Source: Amoebophrya sp. A120 (taxonomy: Eukaryota; Protista; Dinoflagellata). From it: a stretch of DNA of 64,000 bases. This document shows, one piece after another, positions 48,893 to 61,103 of this stretch (position 1 is its first letter; each line of letters begins with the position of its first letter). The DNA lies in NCBI GenBank assembly GCA_905178155.1, contig CAJINV010000005.1:7996515-8060514 (forward strand), written 5' to 3'. Under the pieces are notes generated by a model. It worked only from the letters and a program-made list of their open reading frames with translations, ran no database searches and was not told the origin of the DNA. The position numbers were made by a program, and so were the translations under genes.

Positions 48893-49360
48893 CTGGACGA
48901 GATCTAGAATTCGACACAGCAACTGCACCTTTATGTCAAAACAAACTAAACAAAGGCTGTGCTACACTTCAACCAACTAGAACAACTACAGGCACTATGA
49001 TTTGTACAGAACAACATTCGTTCTTCCCTGCACTCCTCGGAGGCTTCTCCTCCTCCACCGGATAACTTCAGGCATCAACCATTATTCTGTATTCCCAAAA
49101 TCAACTGCTAAAAAGTGCTGCGCTCCTACTAGTTTCAGCCCCTCGATACAGGACACCTTCGTCGAACCACCATGTAAGTAAATGTTGTATAGGCAAGCTC
49201 CGAGGTATAGAAGTTCGAACTCGAAATGGTATGAAATACAACATTATATTTGGAAGTCTTAGTATCTTTCGATGTGGTGACGAGTCAGATCTTGTTGCTC
49301 AACATCTTCATTTCTAGCTTCATATATTTGGTATGCACAGAAGAAAGAAAACGCACCTGT
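48893..49360 (+). repeat. Dispersed non-coding module; other copies at about 60331-60826 and partial 40750-41050
   Basis: Shared aaagg[c/t]tgtgctacacttcaaccaactagaacaactacaggcactatgatttgtacagaac...ttctgtattcccaaaa. Confidence 0.85.
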
Positions 49361-49511
49361 CCGCCACCATCATGCATTGTCCTTCAAACTCGTCACTACA
49401 GGGCATTTGGTTTCTATCTGGGATTCTATCTTTCTTAGCGCGCTCGCGCATTTTGAGTTGTAGGAATCTTAATAAAGTGGAACTGCAGCTGTTCTTAAAG
49501 ATAATTGCTGT

Positions 49512-49611
49512 CAAACTACTTCTTCCTTCAAAACTACTTCTTCCTTCAAAACTACTTCTTCCTTCAAAACTACTTCTTCCTCCAAAACTACTTCTTCCTT
49601 CAAAACTACTT
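49512..49611. repeat. 18-bp minisatellite, about 5.5 copies (caaaactacttcttcctt)
   Basis: Direct reading; would encode SSFEGR repeats on the minus strand. Confidence 0.9.
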
Positions 49612-50182
49612 CGACTGATAGATAAGGCACGTACGTGCTTTTTTTGTATATTAAATTCTTTAACCGCAGTGAATCTTTGAGCTCCCGCCATTACTTTTAC
49701 TCTATGTTCATGCGACTCATCCTGAAATTCCGAATGTAGAGTTGAAGTTTCGATACTGATGAATGTATTCTGTTCGGCGTCTTCGCCGTAGAATGTCCTT
49801 TTTCGACCTTGTAGTCGCATTATTGCCTGGATTGGTAGTCTATCTAATGCTGTTGTTGAAGTTTCGATACTATAATATGAATATGAAAGGACTAAGTAAA
49901 CGTATGAGAAATAAGCTGTGATGACTTCATTGGTTTTACTTTTCTTTGCCCCGCCTGAGCCAGCAGGTGACAGGCGCTGATCTACTTCACGTAAAGAACT
50001 ACTTCTCATTGAAATTCCTTTCGTCTTCACCGCCTTCGTCTTCGTTGTCGTTCACGCGAGGATAGATGGAATAATACAGGGGACCCGTCTTATTTGTTCT
50101 GGCGGGTCGTGGGTACTTACTGTTTATCCCCTGCTGGGGGGGCCGGTTCATCTTGTAGGAGTGTTGGTTAATCCTCTGGGAG

Positions 50183-50505
50183 TATCGTAAGCGAAAACGA
50201 GTCCCCCGTCCCCATATCAAAACGGTACTCCTCAGAACATTTGCACTGCTGATTTGATTGTGGCCGCACACAAGGCAGCTCCACATGCTGCGCCACATGA
50301 TCACGCAGGCGCTTTGTGATGCTGTTGGGCCTACGGTAGAGACATCTGGCACGCCACTAGGCGCCTATGTCAAAACCTCTCTGCTCAGGCTCGGCAATTG
50401 CCGAGCCAGTCCTTTCCTGCAAGCTCTTATTTGTGTACGCAATGGCGGCCCAGCATCAGAAACTTCGTTTTGACAAATGGGCAGGGGGGATGTTTCCTTT
50501 CGATA
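50183..50505. mobile_element. Family E element
   Basis: TIRs; TSD gggag. Confidence 0.85.
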
Positions 50506-50679
50506 GGGAGGCCCTCTCCCTTATTTCCGCCCCCGTCCTCTCCGGCCCCCTTTATTTCCTTTTCCAGCGCCTCGCCCTTCCCCTTTTCCTGATCCTGACT
50601 GCAGTGCCCTGATGCTGACTGCAATATCGGCTCCTACCTGGAGGGGGTGTTCCCCGGCTGGGTGAGTCAAACCCGGAGG

Positions 50680-50941
50680 TATCAAATGTAAAAATGTGTG
50701 GGTCTGGAAGAATGCAACTTGTGATGCTGCATTTGGATTCCAGAGAAATCTGTATTGCATGAGTACCAAAAGGAATGTGATTTTTGCTACGCGGAGAGGG
50801 CATTTGTAATGCGGAATAGGCATCAAGAAGCTCTCAAAAAATCTGTGATGCTAGGGCATGCATCACAGACATCAGGGCTCATGCAAAACGTGCATGACAA
50901 GTGTCAGAATCTTCCAGACCCAGACATTTTTACAGTTGATA
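50680..50941. mobile_element. Family A element
   Basis: TIRs; TSD ggagg. Confidence 0.9.
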
Positions 50942-51046
50942 GGAGGGGGTTGGAACCCAAAGGGGAATGGTCCCAGAGAATGATCCGACTGCCCCGTAGG
51001 TGTTCTTTCAGCCGGTTGAGGAGAGTCTGGAGCTCCTGCCAGAGGG

Positions 51047-51335
51047 TATCAAAGAAAAACAATGCTACAGTTACACACTGCACGAAAAGTAGACATCGAA
51101 TTTTTTCTGCCCCGCAGTAAATTTTTTACTCTTGTTGACGCCAGGGCAGAGACTGCGTCAGAGACTGCGTTGATTGTGCTGCTCTGTGATAAAGTTGGAA
51201 CGAATGGAACTAGCCAGCGGCTGTGTGACTTATGTTCTGTTCGGGCTGGCAAAGGAGGTCCCACCTGAAGGCCCCGGTCGCCGTTCGCCTACTTTTCGAA
51301 TGGGTGTGTAACTGTAGCACTTTTTTCTTGGCATA
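51047..51335. mobile_element. Family H variant; no TSD match
   Basis: TIR gctacagttacac...gtgtaactgtagcac. Confidence 0.75.
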
Positions 51336-52162
51336 AATAATTTGCTTCATCTTGTTCCGGCTGAGGAGGGTAAGGAGCTGTCGCAGGGGCGGCGCTCGCA
51401 GCTGCGCCGGCACCATGATTTTCCTTTTGATAGGGAGGCCCTTTGCCTTCCTCACCCTTTATTCCCCGTCCCTGGTCCCCTTTTCCTTGTCCGCCCCTTT
51501 GTTCCTGTACATCAACCTGTAGGCCAGTTTTATTTTTGCGGATTTTTACATTCGCAGGTATAATTTCTGGCGTAAGAACTCTCTCCTTAGCATCCATCTG
51601 GCACGACACGGCTCTACTTAACATTCACGGCCCAGATCTCGACGACCGCAGTGATTCTATCACAGTAAAAATCCCGACCGCTACAACAAGGATCATGGAG
51701 CGCAGATTTATTTACAGATAATTGCATTGCAGACTATAGTACCTGGCGGACATTTCTCCGGCCCCCTTTTGCGGAAGATGATCTGGAAGACGTTCTGGAA
51801 GGTGATCTGGAAGATGATCTGGAAGGTGGTCTGGAAGCTGCTGACGCCGAAGGCCGCGGGGCTGGAGCTGTCGAAGAGGCGGCGCTCGCAGCTGCTCCAG
51901 TTGTACCAGATGCTGACGCTGCCGCCACCCTATGCTTCCAGGTGCTGATGCTGAAAAAAGGAGAGGGCGCCCGATCTTGCCACCAAGTGCCGGAGCGCCC
52001 CCGGGGGTACTCTTTCCACCAAGTGATTCTGGTCTTTCGACCAACTGATTCTGGTCTTTCCGCGCGCGATCTTTCCACCAACTGATTCTGGTACTCGTTC
52101 CACATTTCGTGGAGCTTTGTCTGCCACTCGTCGGTGAGTCCAAGCGAAAGCATTAGTTCGAA

Positions 52163-52441
52163 TATCCTGTGTAAAAACGTCCCCACCCTAGAGTTGTAAT
52201 GCAAATCTGCATGTGTAAAATGCTTCTCATGCGGAGACCCATGAGAGGCGTTTTCTAGTGGTGATTTGAGACTTGTCATGCAAGGACCAGCATGACAGAC
52301 GGGGTCTGTGATGCTGCTGCACTAGCCAAACACGACTACACTGCGAGCCCAAATTTGTCATGCGCGACAGCCAAAGCTCAGGGATTTGTGTAGCAGATTT
52401 CCCATCTTGACTATGGGGTGGGGACGTTTTTACTCACGATA
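52163..52441. mobile_element. Introner family B
   Basis: TIRs; TSD tcgaa. Confidence 0.9.
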
Positions 52442-52499
52442 TCGAAGCCCGGTGCGTTAGCATCACGCGCTCGTTGTAAGTGGAGCCAATACACCCCGA

Positions 52500-53715
52500 T
52501 ATCAAATGTAAAAATGTCTGGGTCTGGAAAAATGCAAGTTTGTCATGCTTGTCTCTATGGGATGGTCTGCCCGATTAACGAAACAATAATTCAAAAAAAT
52601 CTTTTTTAAGACAGCAAATAGGCACATATCCATCCTGAATCGACTCCGTTTTGGTGCTCCGTTGTCCACAGCTTCCGCGCGTCGCCACTTGGCAGATTAT
52701 GAAGGTGATAAATAAGTAGTTCTAAACGAGATCCCAATTTGAACTAGCTAATATGCATCTTAGAAAGTAGCTATTTGAAGATTTGCATTGAGGTGCCGCC
52801 AGCTCTCTCCTCTCCTGCGATCCGAAGCTGCCGACTACCTTGGATGCTCCACCGGAACGTTGCTCGGAGCCCCGTGTGAGTGGTATATCTGTTGCTTTTT
52901 TTTTGTTTTTCATTAGCAAAATCGACCAATGCAGATGCTGTTTCCCAAAAATGAATCTCCGCGATTCAAACGGAGGTTTCTAAACGGTTTTGGAGGGGTC
53001 TCAAAAGACCCCTACAAATGCACGCCATAGCATCGCGATTGGAGTTTTACAAGACCCCTTTAGGAGACGTCTTCTAAAGGGGTCCTCTAAACGGATTCCC
53101 GATGGTATCGTTGATTGTTGAAAAAAACGCATCGCACCATCGTGATTGCTGAAAAATGAAAATATTTTTTGACAACATTCCCACAATCCGCACGGGGCTC
53201 CAGACGAAGTTCGTGCCCGTCAACCTCGGAAGCCGTGTGGATCTGGGCGGCCAAACACCTTAGGTGAGTGGGTTCAAGCTGCTCATGGCAATGAGAAAGT
53301 CGGCATTGCCTAAACTAGCTAGCTCAGATTGGGATCTCATTTAGAACTACTTATTTGACAACAGCATACGACGGCTTCTGAAGACGGCGGCAAAAGACGT
53401 CACAAACGGCGCGGAAACAGCGGGGGCGGCTTCGGCGGCTAATTGTTGCTATTTGCTGTCTTACTAAAGATTTTTTTGAATTATTGAAAGCGTAATCGGT
53501 CAGACCATCCCATAGTCTCGCATGCCTCTTAAATCTGTAATGCATGAGCAGGAAGGCAGCCTCTTACGTGTCATGCAAAAATGCACTTTGTCATGCGGGA
53601 AGCGAAACACATACGAGCTCAGAAAGTTGTCATGCGTGGCTGCATATCGCAGTGCGTCAACCATTCACAAACCACCATCACAAGTTTCCAGACCCAGACA
53701 TTTTTGCAATCCATA
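52500..53715. mobile_element. Composite family A introner
   Basis: A TIRs; TSD cccga; hosts 52556-53514. Confidence 0.9.
52556..53514. mobile_element. Nested 959-bp TAT...ATA element with TIRs of about 65 bp
   Basis: tatgggatggtctg.ccgatta...cagaccatcccata; TSD gtctc. Confidence 0.9.
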
Positions 53716-54096
53716 CCCGATCTCCTTGAGCCAGCGCATCGCCTTCTTGCTGTCTTCAGGCGAATAAACTTCCCCGTCCGGCGAGGGGTGATGTCAACCT
53801 GCAAAATCCCCAACGACCCGCAGAAGTCTGCATGCTTTCCGAGTGCGGACTTTTTCGTCTCCTTACTTACTTTCGGCTAAGTAGCTAGGGTTCAACAACC
53901 CTCGTGGTCACCAAGGAGTACTAAGAACTACACGAAAAAGTACTCCTTTACTGTACTGCGAATACTGTTTCTCGTAGTTCTGATTTGTTTTTCTAGTGTC
54001 TGTCATTCTAGGAAAGCTGCAATGCTGAAGCAGCTCGTACGCCGTGACGACTTCCACTGTCTTCTTGCAGGAGCCTTCTTGCATTATATACAAACT

Positions 54097-57000
54097 TTAT
54101 TCGCTCCTCGTCTGGGTCGCAACTTGAACTTTGTGCTGCATCCAAATCAATGCAAGATGTTGAAAGCAACTAAATACTAAGGCTGCCAAGTTCTGGGGAA
54201 GTAGGGAAAATTTTGGAAGTGATACCGAGATGAGATGGTCCAAAACAAGGTAGTATCAAATGTAAAAATGTCTGGGTCTGGAAGATTGCCAGGTTTGTGA
54301 TGCACATTTTGCATGACTCCTGATGTCTGTGATGCATGCCCTAGCATCACAGATTTTGTGCGGGCTTCCTGATGCCTCTACCGCATGACAAATGCTCGCT
54401 CCGTGTAGCAAAACTTGGACTCTCTTTGCTGCTCATGCAATACAGATTTTTTTAGAATCCAAAATCAGCATGACAAGTTGCATTCTTCCAGACCCAGACA
54501 TTTTTACATTCCATATGTAGGCCGCCACGGCCTGCATCCGGAGCAGGTGCGCTCCCTCGTGCGTTCGCCGCCCCCGGCGTTTACCAGTATGGAACTGTCA
54601 GGATCGAAATCGTCAAAGTTGAAATCCTTTGCCATGCATAAAATGGATGCCAGTTGGAACCCAGTTTCCAAGTGGCGCATGACAAATTTTGGTGATGCCT
54701 AAATCCAGTTTGTCATCGACTGTTTAGGCAAAGATGGCTGATTTATTTCTCATGCTACTTTAGCAGCTCGAGCCCTAAGTAACCCCAAACAGACTTACAA
54801 TCGGCCTCCCTTGCCTGCTCTGCAACACACGTACTTATTTCGCGCGTATGCATTTTATCCATCACAAAGTACTATTTCAACTTTGGCGATTTCAAAGAAC
54901 CTGACGCTTCCATAACCAGATTGCACATCGTAGTCGTGTCTTTCGTTGTCCGTCCAGAGCGCACCCAGCTTCATGGTTGCCTTAAGAATTTCTAGTCTGT
55001 TCGGGGCGTCGACCGGACGCTCGAAAAGGTACTGGTCCTGCAATGGAACCACTCCAGACGATTTTTGAAGAGAGGCTGATACTTCTCGCGCCACGTCATG
55101 AAGCCGATGCGTGTGCGTTTTGACCTCCACGAGCCAAAAGCTTTTTACTGTGCCAGAGCCATCGTCCTCCCGCAAAGCATGAGAGCGGCGAATGAGAGCG
55201 GGCCAGCCTCCCCTGTCCCGGACACGGTTCAGCAGAGCCTTTTCCCTGTCCTCTGGTGTGGAAAAATTTTCCCCCGAGTTCTTCAGATCCTCCACCCACT
55301 CCGCTACGGAGTGCAGTTTTTGCAAGGGCAGGACCAGCTTTAAGCAGAAGTAATTCACTATCAACTGTAAAAATGTCTGGGTCTGGAAGATTCTGACACT
55401 TGTCACGCACGTTTTGCATGAGCCATGATGTCTGTGATCCATACCCTAGCAAGACAGATTTTTTGAGGGCTTCTTGATGCCTATTCCGCATGACAAATGC
55501 CTTCTCAGCGTAGCAAAAATTGCATTCCCTTTGGTACTCATGCAATACAGATTTTTTTGGAATCCAAACGCAGCATCACAAGTTGCATTCTTCCAGACCC
55601 AGGCATTTTTGCATTTGATATTCACTCCATCCTGAGCCCGAAATGTAGGTGCGCCAGCAAGGAACTCGCTGAGGGTAAGAAGAGGAGTCGGCTTGCGTGC
55701 GACGTGGTCGGCGTCCGCGTCTACCTGCAGGAAATCAAAAGTGCGGGTGTCCTCTTCTTGCGCGGGCAGCTCTTGGAGTATTTGACATCTTCGGAAATCC
55801 AGTAGGTGCGGAGCGTGATTCAGCGCCTCATGATAATGCTCAGGGCCCGTGACCAGATCCATCAAAATATCAAATGTAAAAATGTCTGGGTCTGGAAGAG
55901 TGCATGTTTGTCATGCTTGTCTGGCATAACTCTCAAATCTGTCATGCACGTTACCCAAGAGCGCCATTTTTCTGTCATGCAGACACGCAGTTTGTCATGC
56001 AGAATAGGCAACACCTAGAAGCTCAGAAACTTGTCATGCTGAGCCAGCACTTGTGGCCTCCTCACGATACGCCACCCAGCATCACAAGTTTCCAGACCCA
56101 GACATTTTTGCACTTGATACAAAACTTTCCTCTGCCATTTCTCGATGATCCGATACTGCGGGAGGCGTTCGCCCTTCTGCTGGATAACGAAAAAAATGGG
56201 CTCTTATCAAAAGTAAAAATGTCTGGGTCTGGAAACTTGTGATGCCGGGTGGCGTCTCATGATGAGGCTACGAATACTGGCTCAGCATGACATGTTTCTG
56301 AGCTCCTAGGTGTTGCCTATTCTGCATGACAAACTGCGGCTCTGCATCACAGAAAGGCGGAGCTCTTGGGTAACGTGCGTGACAGAATTGTAAGAGTCAT
56401 GCCAGACAAGCATGACAAACATGAATGCTTCCAGATCCAGACTCAGACATTTTTACAGTTGATAGCTCTTCTACCGTCACCATCTCCAACTGCGGATTTT
56501 TTCTATTTCCCAATAAGTCGCCCAGGCGTCTATCAAACGGAATGGGTTCTTTCACACCCGTGTCCAGCAGTCGTCCAGTAGGATGATCATATTGGAGCTG
56601 CTATCCTGAGTAAAAACGTCCCTATACCAGAGTCAGGATGGGGATTTTTTTTTTTTTTTTGCCTGCGGGAGGGGATTCAGTTTCAGTTTCAGTGGAGCGC
56701 CCCACCGGGCGGAATACTTCTGGTGGTAGACGTGGCCCAGGGATTTGCGGCTTCGCGCCGCGACGACTTGATGGGGGTCCCGCACCCCCCCTCCGCTTCC
56801 AAAAATACTGTTTGTGCGTGCATGCTGCAAAACCTCCGACACCGCGGCACAAAAAAGGAGCAAGCTCCTATGCACCATACACAAACGTAGAGATGGAAAT
56901 CATCGGGATTCGCCTCTATACACGGCTACCCGCATGCAAAAAAAATTTGGAGAAAAGGAAAAGGGGCCTCGGCCCTAGCACGCAAAGAGGTTGGCGCCCT

Positions 57001-59596
57001 GCCTCGAGTATGTCTTCCTACCTCCTTGCAGAGGCCCAGACTGGTACTATTATTGCCGCTAGAATGTTACCAGAAATTATCGCACCTGGAAGCGTTCATA
57101 CAAATTTCTTTTTCATACAAATCTTAGCCCTACACGGTGCATAGGCTCTTCATACAAGTCAATACAAAGTCATGCATGACAACTTCACTTCCAGTTTCAA
57201 TAATTATCCGGGCCTCCCATAGATCGGTGGCGCAAGCTTGCCTTACCTCTGCATGCCAAACTGTAGTTTCAAATACTTAGAGGTAATTCAAGCTCACTAG
57301 TGCTCTTCCCTACCGGGAGTCACACTCAATTCATGCATATTTTGACATACTTCCCTCCTCTTTTGGCAATCTATATCCCACACCCAGCAGAATATATCGC
57401 CGTCGGTCTGGTCGACACCTACCACCCTGGGGCGGCCGCTGACGGATTGGTGGCGGTGTCCTTGGCTCATTCTGCTGGACTCGATGAGAAATAGATGTAC
57501 AAAAGTGCGCTTCACCTAGTTGCGTGCCTTTCCCTTTTCTCATCTTTGTCTTTGATATTTTCTCCCGGGGTTGCGATGCGACTGCGATTTGCCTCCAGAT
57601 AGCAACATCGGCGAAATTTGTAATCGTGGCGCCCGTTTGATCTCTGTTGCTATGTGTGACGTTTCAGGCGCAGAGCGCTCAAACGTCAATACCTTTCCCG
57701 TCCAGCCCTTCAGTCTTGGTCTGCTGCTCCGATAAACAGGCTAGCTCCGTGAGTCTGACACTTACCTCGCTATGGTGCGGCAACACGATAGCAAGGAGGT
57801 CGCAGACCCATTCGTACCTGGCGCCTCTTTTCTTTTCATTGCCTTTTCCGCGCTTGCTTCTCTTTTTTGCCCCAATATCCAAGCGAAGTCTCGTCCTCTA
57901 GTTGTTAAGACACTTCTTGAATTTCACACGTGGAGCTTTTGCATACATATTTGCTCTTCCAAGCCAATGCCCATACATATTTTCACTTCTAAAAATGCAG
58001 CTGAAGTCTTTTCCATAAATGTAAATCCTTCTCCAGATGTTGTTACCCGCATGAAGGCTTAGTGCCACGCATTCAGAGTCTTTTGTTAATCGAAACCTGC
58101 AGACGCGGTCTATCACCTGTCATACAAGTAGAACACCTATGCTCCCTCTGCATTTTTATCCATGACTTTTGCCTTGACCTGGAACAGCTTATGCATATGT
58201 GTCTTAACTCGGACCTCATGCAAGGACTTCCCCCTAATCAGAAAAAAAAGAGAGTCTACGATTTTGGAAATGAGAGAAAGGCACATTATGCAAACACCTC
58301 CCCTTCATCGGGGAGGTGCTGGTATCTTTGTTGTGGCTTTTATTTTGTTGCTATTTGTTTTCATACCTAGTCAAAACCTTGCGCTAACGACGTGGCAACC
58401 TTCTACGGCCTAACACGAATAACCGACTCTCACTTACCTATCCACCGAATCTTACCTCTATTTGACTTTCTTTTACGAAAACCCCTACGGATCTTTTACG
58501 AAAACCCCCTACGGATCAAAATCTGACAAGTCCCCTAGTCAAGATGGGAAATCTGCTAGACAAATCAACCAGCTTTGATTGTTTCGCACGACAAATTTTG
58601 CAACACACACCTAGGAGTTTTGGGAGTCACGCATGACAAGTTGCACTCCGCAGCGTAGTGCAGGTTAGCAAGTGCAGCCGCATCACAGATTCATCTGCTC
58701 ATCCTGTTCACAGCATCACAAATTCCAATACACGATTGGAAATGGCTCTCATGGGGATGAGCATTACAAGTCTTCCCGTCTTTGCAAATCTGCAGTACAA
58801 CTCTGGTGTGGGGACGTTTTTACTCAGGATAGCTGCTCTCCCTCTGGATCATAAAACTTCACCTGGCGTGCGGGTTTCTCCAAACTTGCGGCTAAGTCCC
58901 ACGCAGTCAAATCCGCCCAGCCCGGACCTGGCAAGCGTAGCGCGGTAGTTCCAGTGATATAACCTACTCAGGTAGTTCTACAATCTCATCAAACGCGTAT
59001 GCAGATATCATGGCTTCTGGATTCTATCTGGTATGATTTCGGCTTCGGCATGATAGTAGACACGACGCTTTATTGCAATCCATATTTCGCCGAAAGCGGA
59101 TTCCAATTGAATCCAGCGAAATTAGTATATGAAAGACGTTGCATCTGAAAATAAATTCGGTTTGGGACAACTCCAGAAGCTGTGGTCATACGCAACAACA
59201 TTCCTGAAAGAGTAATCCAGATCGCGCATCATGATCTCTTGCATCACAAATTTATTCCGCTTTTATGTAGAGAACTTAACTGCACAAGTAGACAAGTTGA
59301 GTGAGATTGCAAGAACACATGAGCGGGCCATAAGTATCGGCGTCCACAACCTCTAAGGCTGTTTCAGAGACCGTGGTGCCCGTCGTGGCGGCTTCCACCG
59401 GCTGGGTCATGGTCGTTGTTCCCAAGCCCCACAAAACGGTACTAGCAGTATTCATCGCACAAACCGCAGCAAAGGCAGCTGCCCGCATAGCAGGGGAGAA
59501 CGATCCGATCGCACCTGCGCTAGGACGACGAGACTTTTGACTACAGTTGCCGCCCATAGTGACGACGAGTCCACTCTCGTTCTTTGGTGCAAACAT
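54097..59596 (-). CDS. Hypothetical protein; 5' end uncertain, hydrophobic N-terminal exon at 59276-59596
   Basis: Frame open from ...KFYDPEGEQ|LQYDHPTG... through six elements to TAA at 54097. Confidence 0.55.
54254..54515. mobile_element. Introner family A
   Basis: TIRs; TSD ggtag/tgtag. Confidence 0.88.
54588..54914. mobile_element. Introner family F
   Basis: TIRs; TSD accag. Confidence 0.9.
55359..55620. mobile_element. Introner family A
   Basis: TIRs; TSD ttcac. Confidence 0.9.
55868..56119. mobile_element. Introner family A, 252-bp subfamily, inverted orientation
   Basis: TIRs; TSD caaaa. Confidence 0.9.
56205..56464. mobile_element. Introner family A, 252-bp subfamily (with small indels)
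   Basis: TIRs; TSD gctct. Confidence 0.9.
56602..58831. mobile_element. Composite family B introner (2.2 kb)
   Basis: B TIRs; TSD gctgc; hosts a poly(T)-ended insertion. Confidence 0.88.
56645..58536 (-). mobile_element. Retroposed (non-LTR-like) insertion with A16 tail on the minus strand
   Basis: T16 at 56645-56660; imperfect 14-bp TSD agtcaggatgggga (56631-56644) / agtcaagatgggaa (58537-58550); only decayed frames inside. Confidence 0.72.
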
Positions 59597-61103
59597 TTTT
59601 TCGTCTACTGTTTCTCCTTAGGTTTGGGTGTAGTTGTTGCGATGTGAATTTTCGTTTTTTTTCGTCAATGAATCTTGTCGTGAATTTTGATATATATATT
59701 CCGAACTTTAAAGTACGAACGAATAGTACAACTGAGCGCTCTCTTCTATTATCACCAGAATTATGCAACGCAAAGTAGAGTACAACTGCAAAAGCAAAGG
59801 CACTTATAATTGTATGTCGATATAGTCGTTCTTACGTAAAAGTTTTTCAACAAGTATAAGAGAGTGATCGTGTTTGTCATGCGTGATTCGTATGACTCAA
59901 GGCCTGCGGAGTACATGATTGGCGATTGAGAATTCATGTTCAGACAGATCATATTAGGCGCCATCGGCAGCTCCCATACAAATTGTTTTACCTTGATCTT
60001 CGTTCATCTATCTGATTTGTCTTGGCTCTTGTGGTGATTGAAGATCTTCTTTTATCATTCTGGAACAAGCACTTTTGTCATTTTACCACTCTGGATCTAC
60101 TTTGAAGAACTTCTGCCATTTTCCTCGCAGGAGAACTTGTGATGTTTTACCATTCATCCGGATGGAGTGCTGAGCACGGTATGAATGGGTGGAGCACCAT
60201 AGGCATAGGCTGACATCGACATCCTGTACGAAACGGAAACGATTACGATATCAGAACGAACGAAAATTAACATGGACCACGCAGAACCAGGTGGACGACG
60301 CAAAACCACTGCAGAATTTATAAATCTTCACCGGACGAGATTTACAATTCGATCTAGCAACTGCACTCTTAAGATGTCAAAACAAACCAAGCAAAGGTTG
60401 TGCTACACTTCAACCAACTAGAACAACTACAGGCACTATGATTTGTACAGAACAATATTCGTAGTTCTTCCCCACACTCCTCGGACGCATGCGCACCACC
60501 ACCAGATAAGAATTTCCGTGACCATTGTTCTGTATTCCCAAATAAATCAACTGCCAAAAAAGTGCTGCGCTCCTAATAGTAGTTCCAGCCCCTCGATACA
60601 GGACACGTTCGTCGAACCACCATGTACATGTTGTGTAGGCACAGGCAAGCTGCGAGGTATAGAAGTTCGATTTCGAAATCGAAATCGAAATCGTCTGACA
60701 TACAACATATTTAAAAGTCTTTGTATCTTTCGTGGTGACGAATCAGATCTTGCTCAACATCTTCATCTGCTCTAGCTTTATATATTCGGTATGCACAGGA
60801 GAAAGAAGAAGAACGCACGTACCTGTCGTAAAAATAATATGGCGGGAAAACAAAATTCAATGTTGAACAAAGTGGCCAATAGCAATAATTTCGTCAGACA
60901 GAGATTGATGCGCTCTTCAAAAGACGGGAGTAAAATTGTGTTGAACTTCATCAGGCTGTGAAATCATCTATCATGTTCATGGCGATATTTTGAAGCGGTG
61001 AATAAATTAAACGACAAAAAAGTTTTCAAAATTTTCGACTTCCGTTGTGCTCTTGTTAACGTTAAGTGCCACTACATACAAGTCGAGGTGGGTCAACCCT
61101 GAA

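Larger units (their letters stand above)
51734..53790 (-). pseudogene. Degenerate coding segment, possibly the continuation of the upstream orphan gene
   Basis: HHPSPDGEVYSPEDSKKAMRWLKEIG|VYWLHLQRARDANAPGF|ELMLSLGLTDEWQTKLHEMWNEYQNQ is in frame across two elements, but flanking frames contain stops and shifts. Confidence 0.4.

Noticed and set aside
49320-50030. 236-aa ORF with SSFEGR repeats as a real gene
   Set aside because: Partly sustained by a minisatellite, overlaps a non-coding repeat module, and neighbouring frames are broken; support is insufficient.
58998-59270. Possible additional TAT-start element upstream of the 58.9-kb exon
   Set aside because: Only a short degenerate inverted match (gcttctgga/tccagaagc) and no TSD could be fixed.
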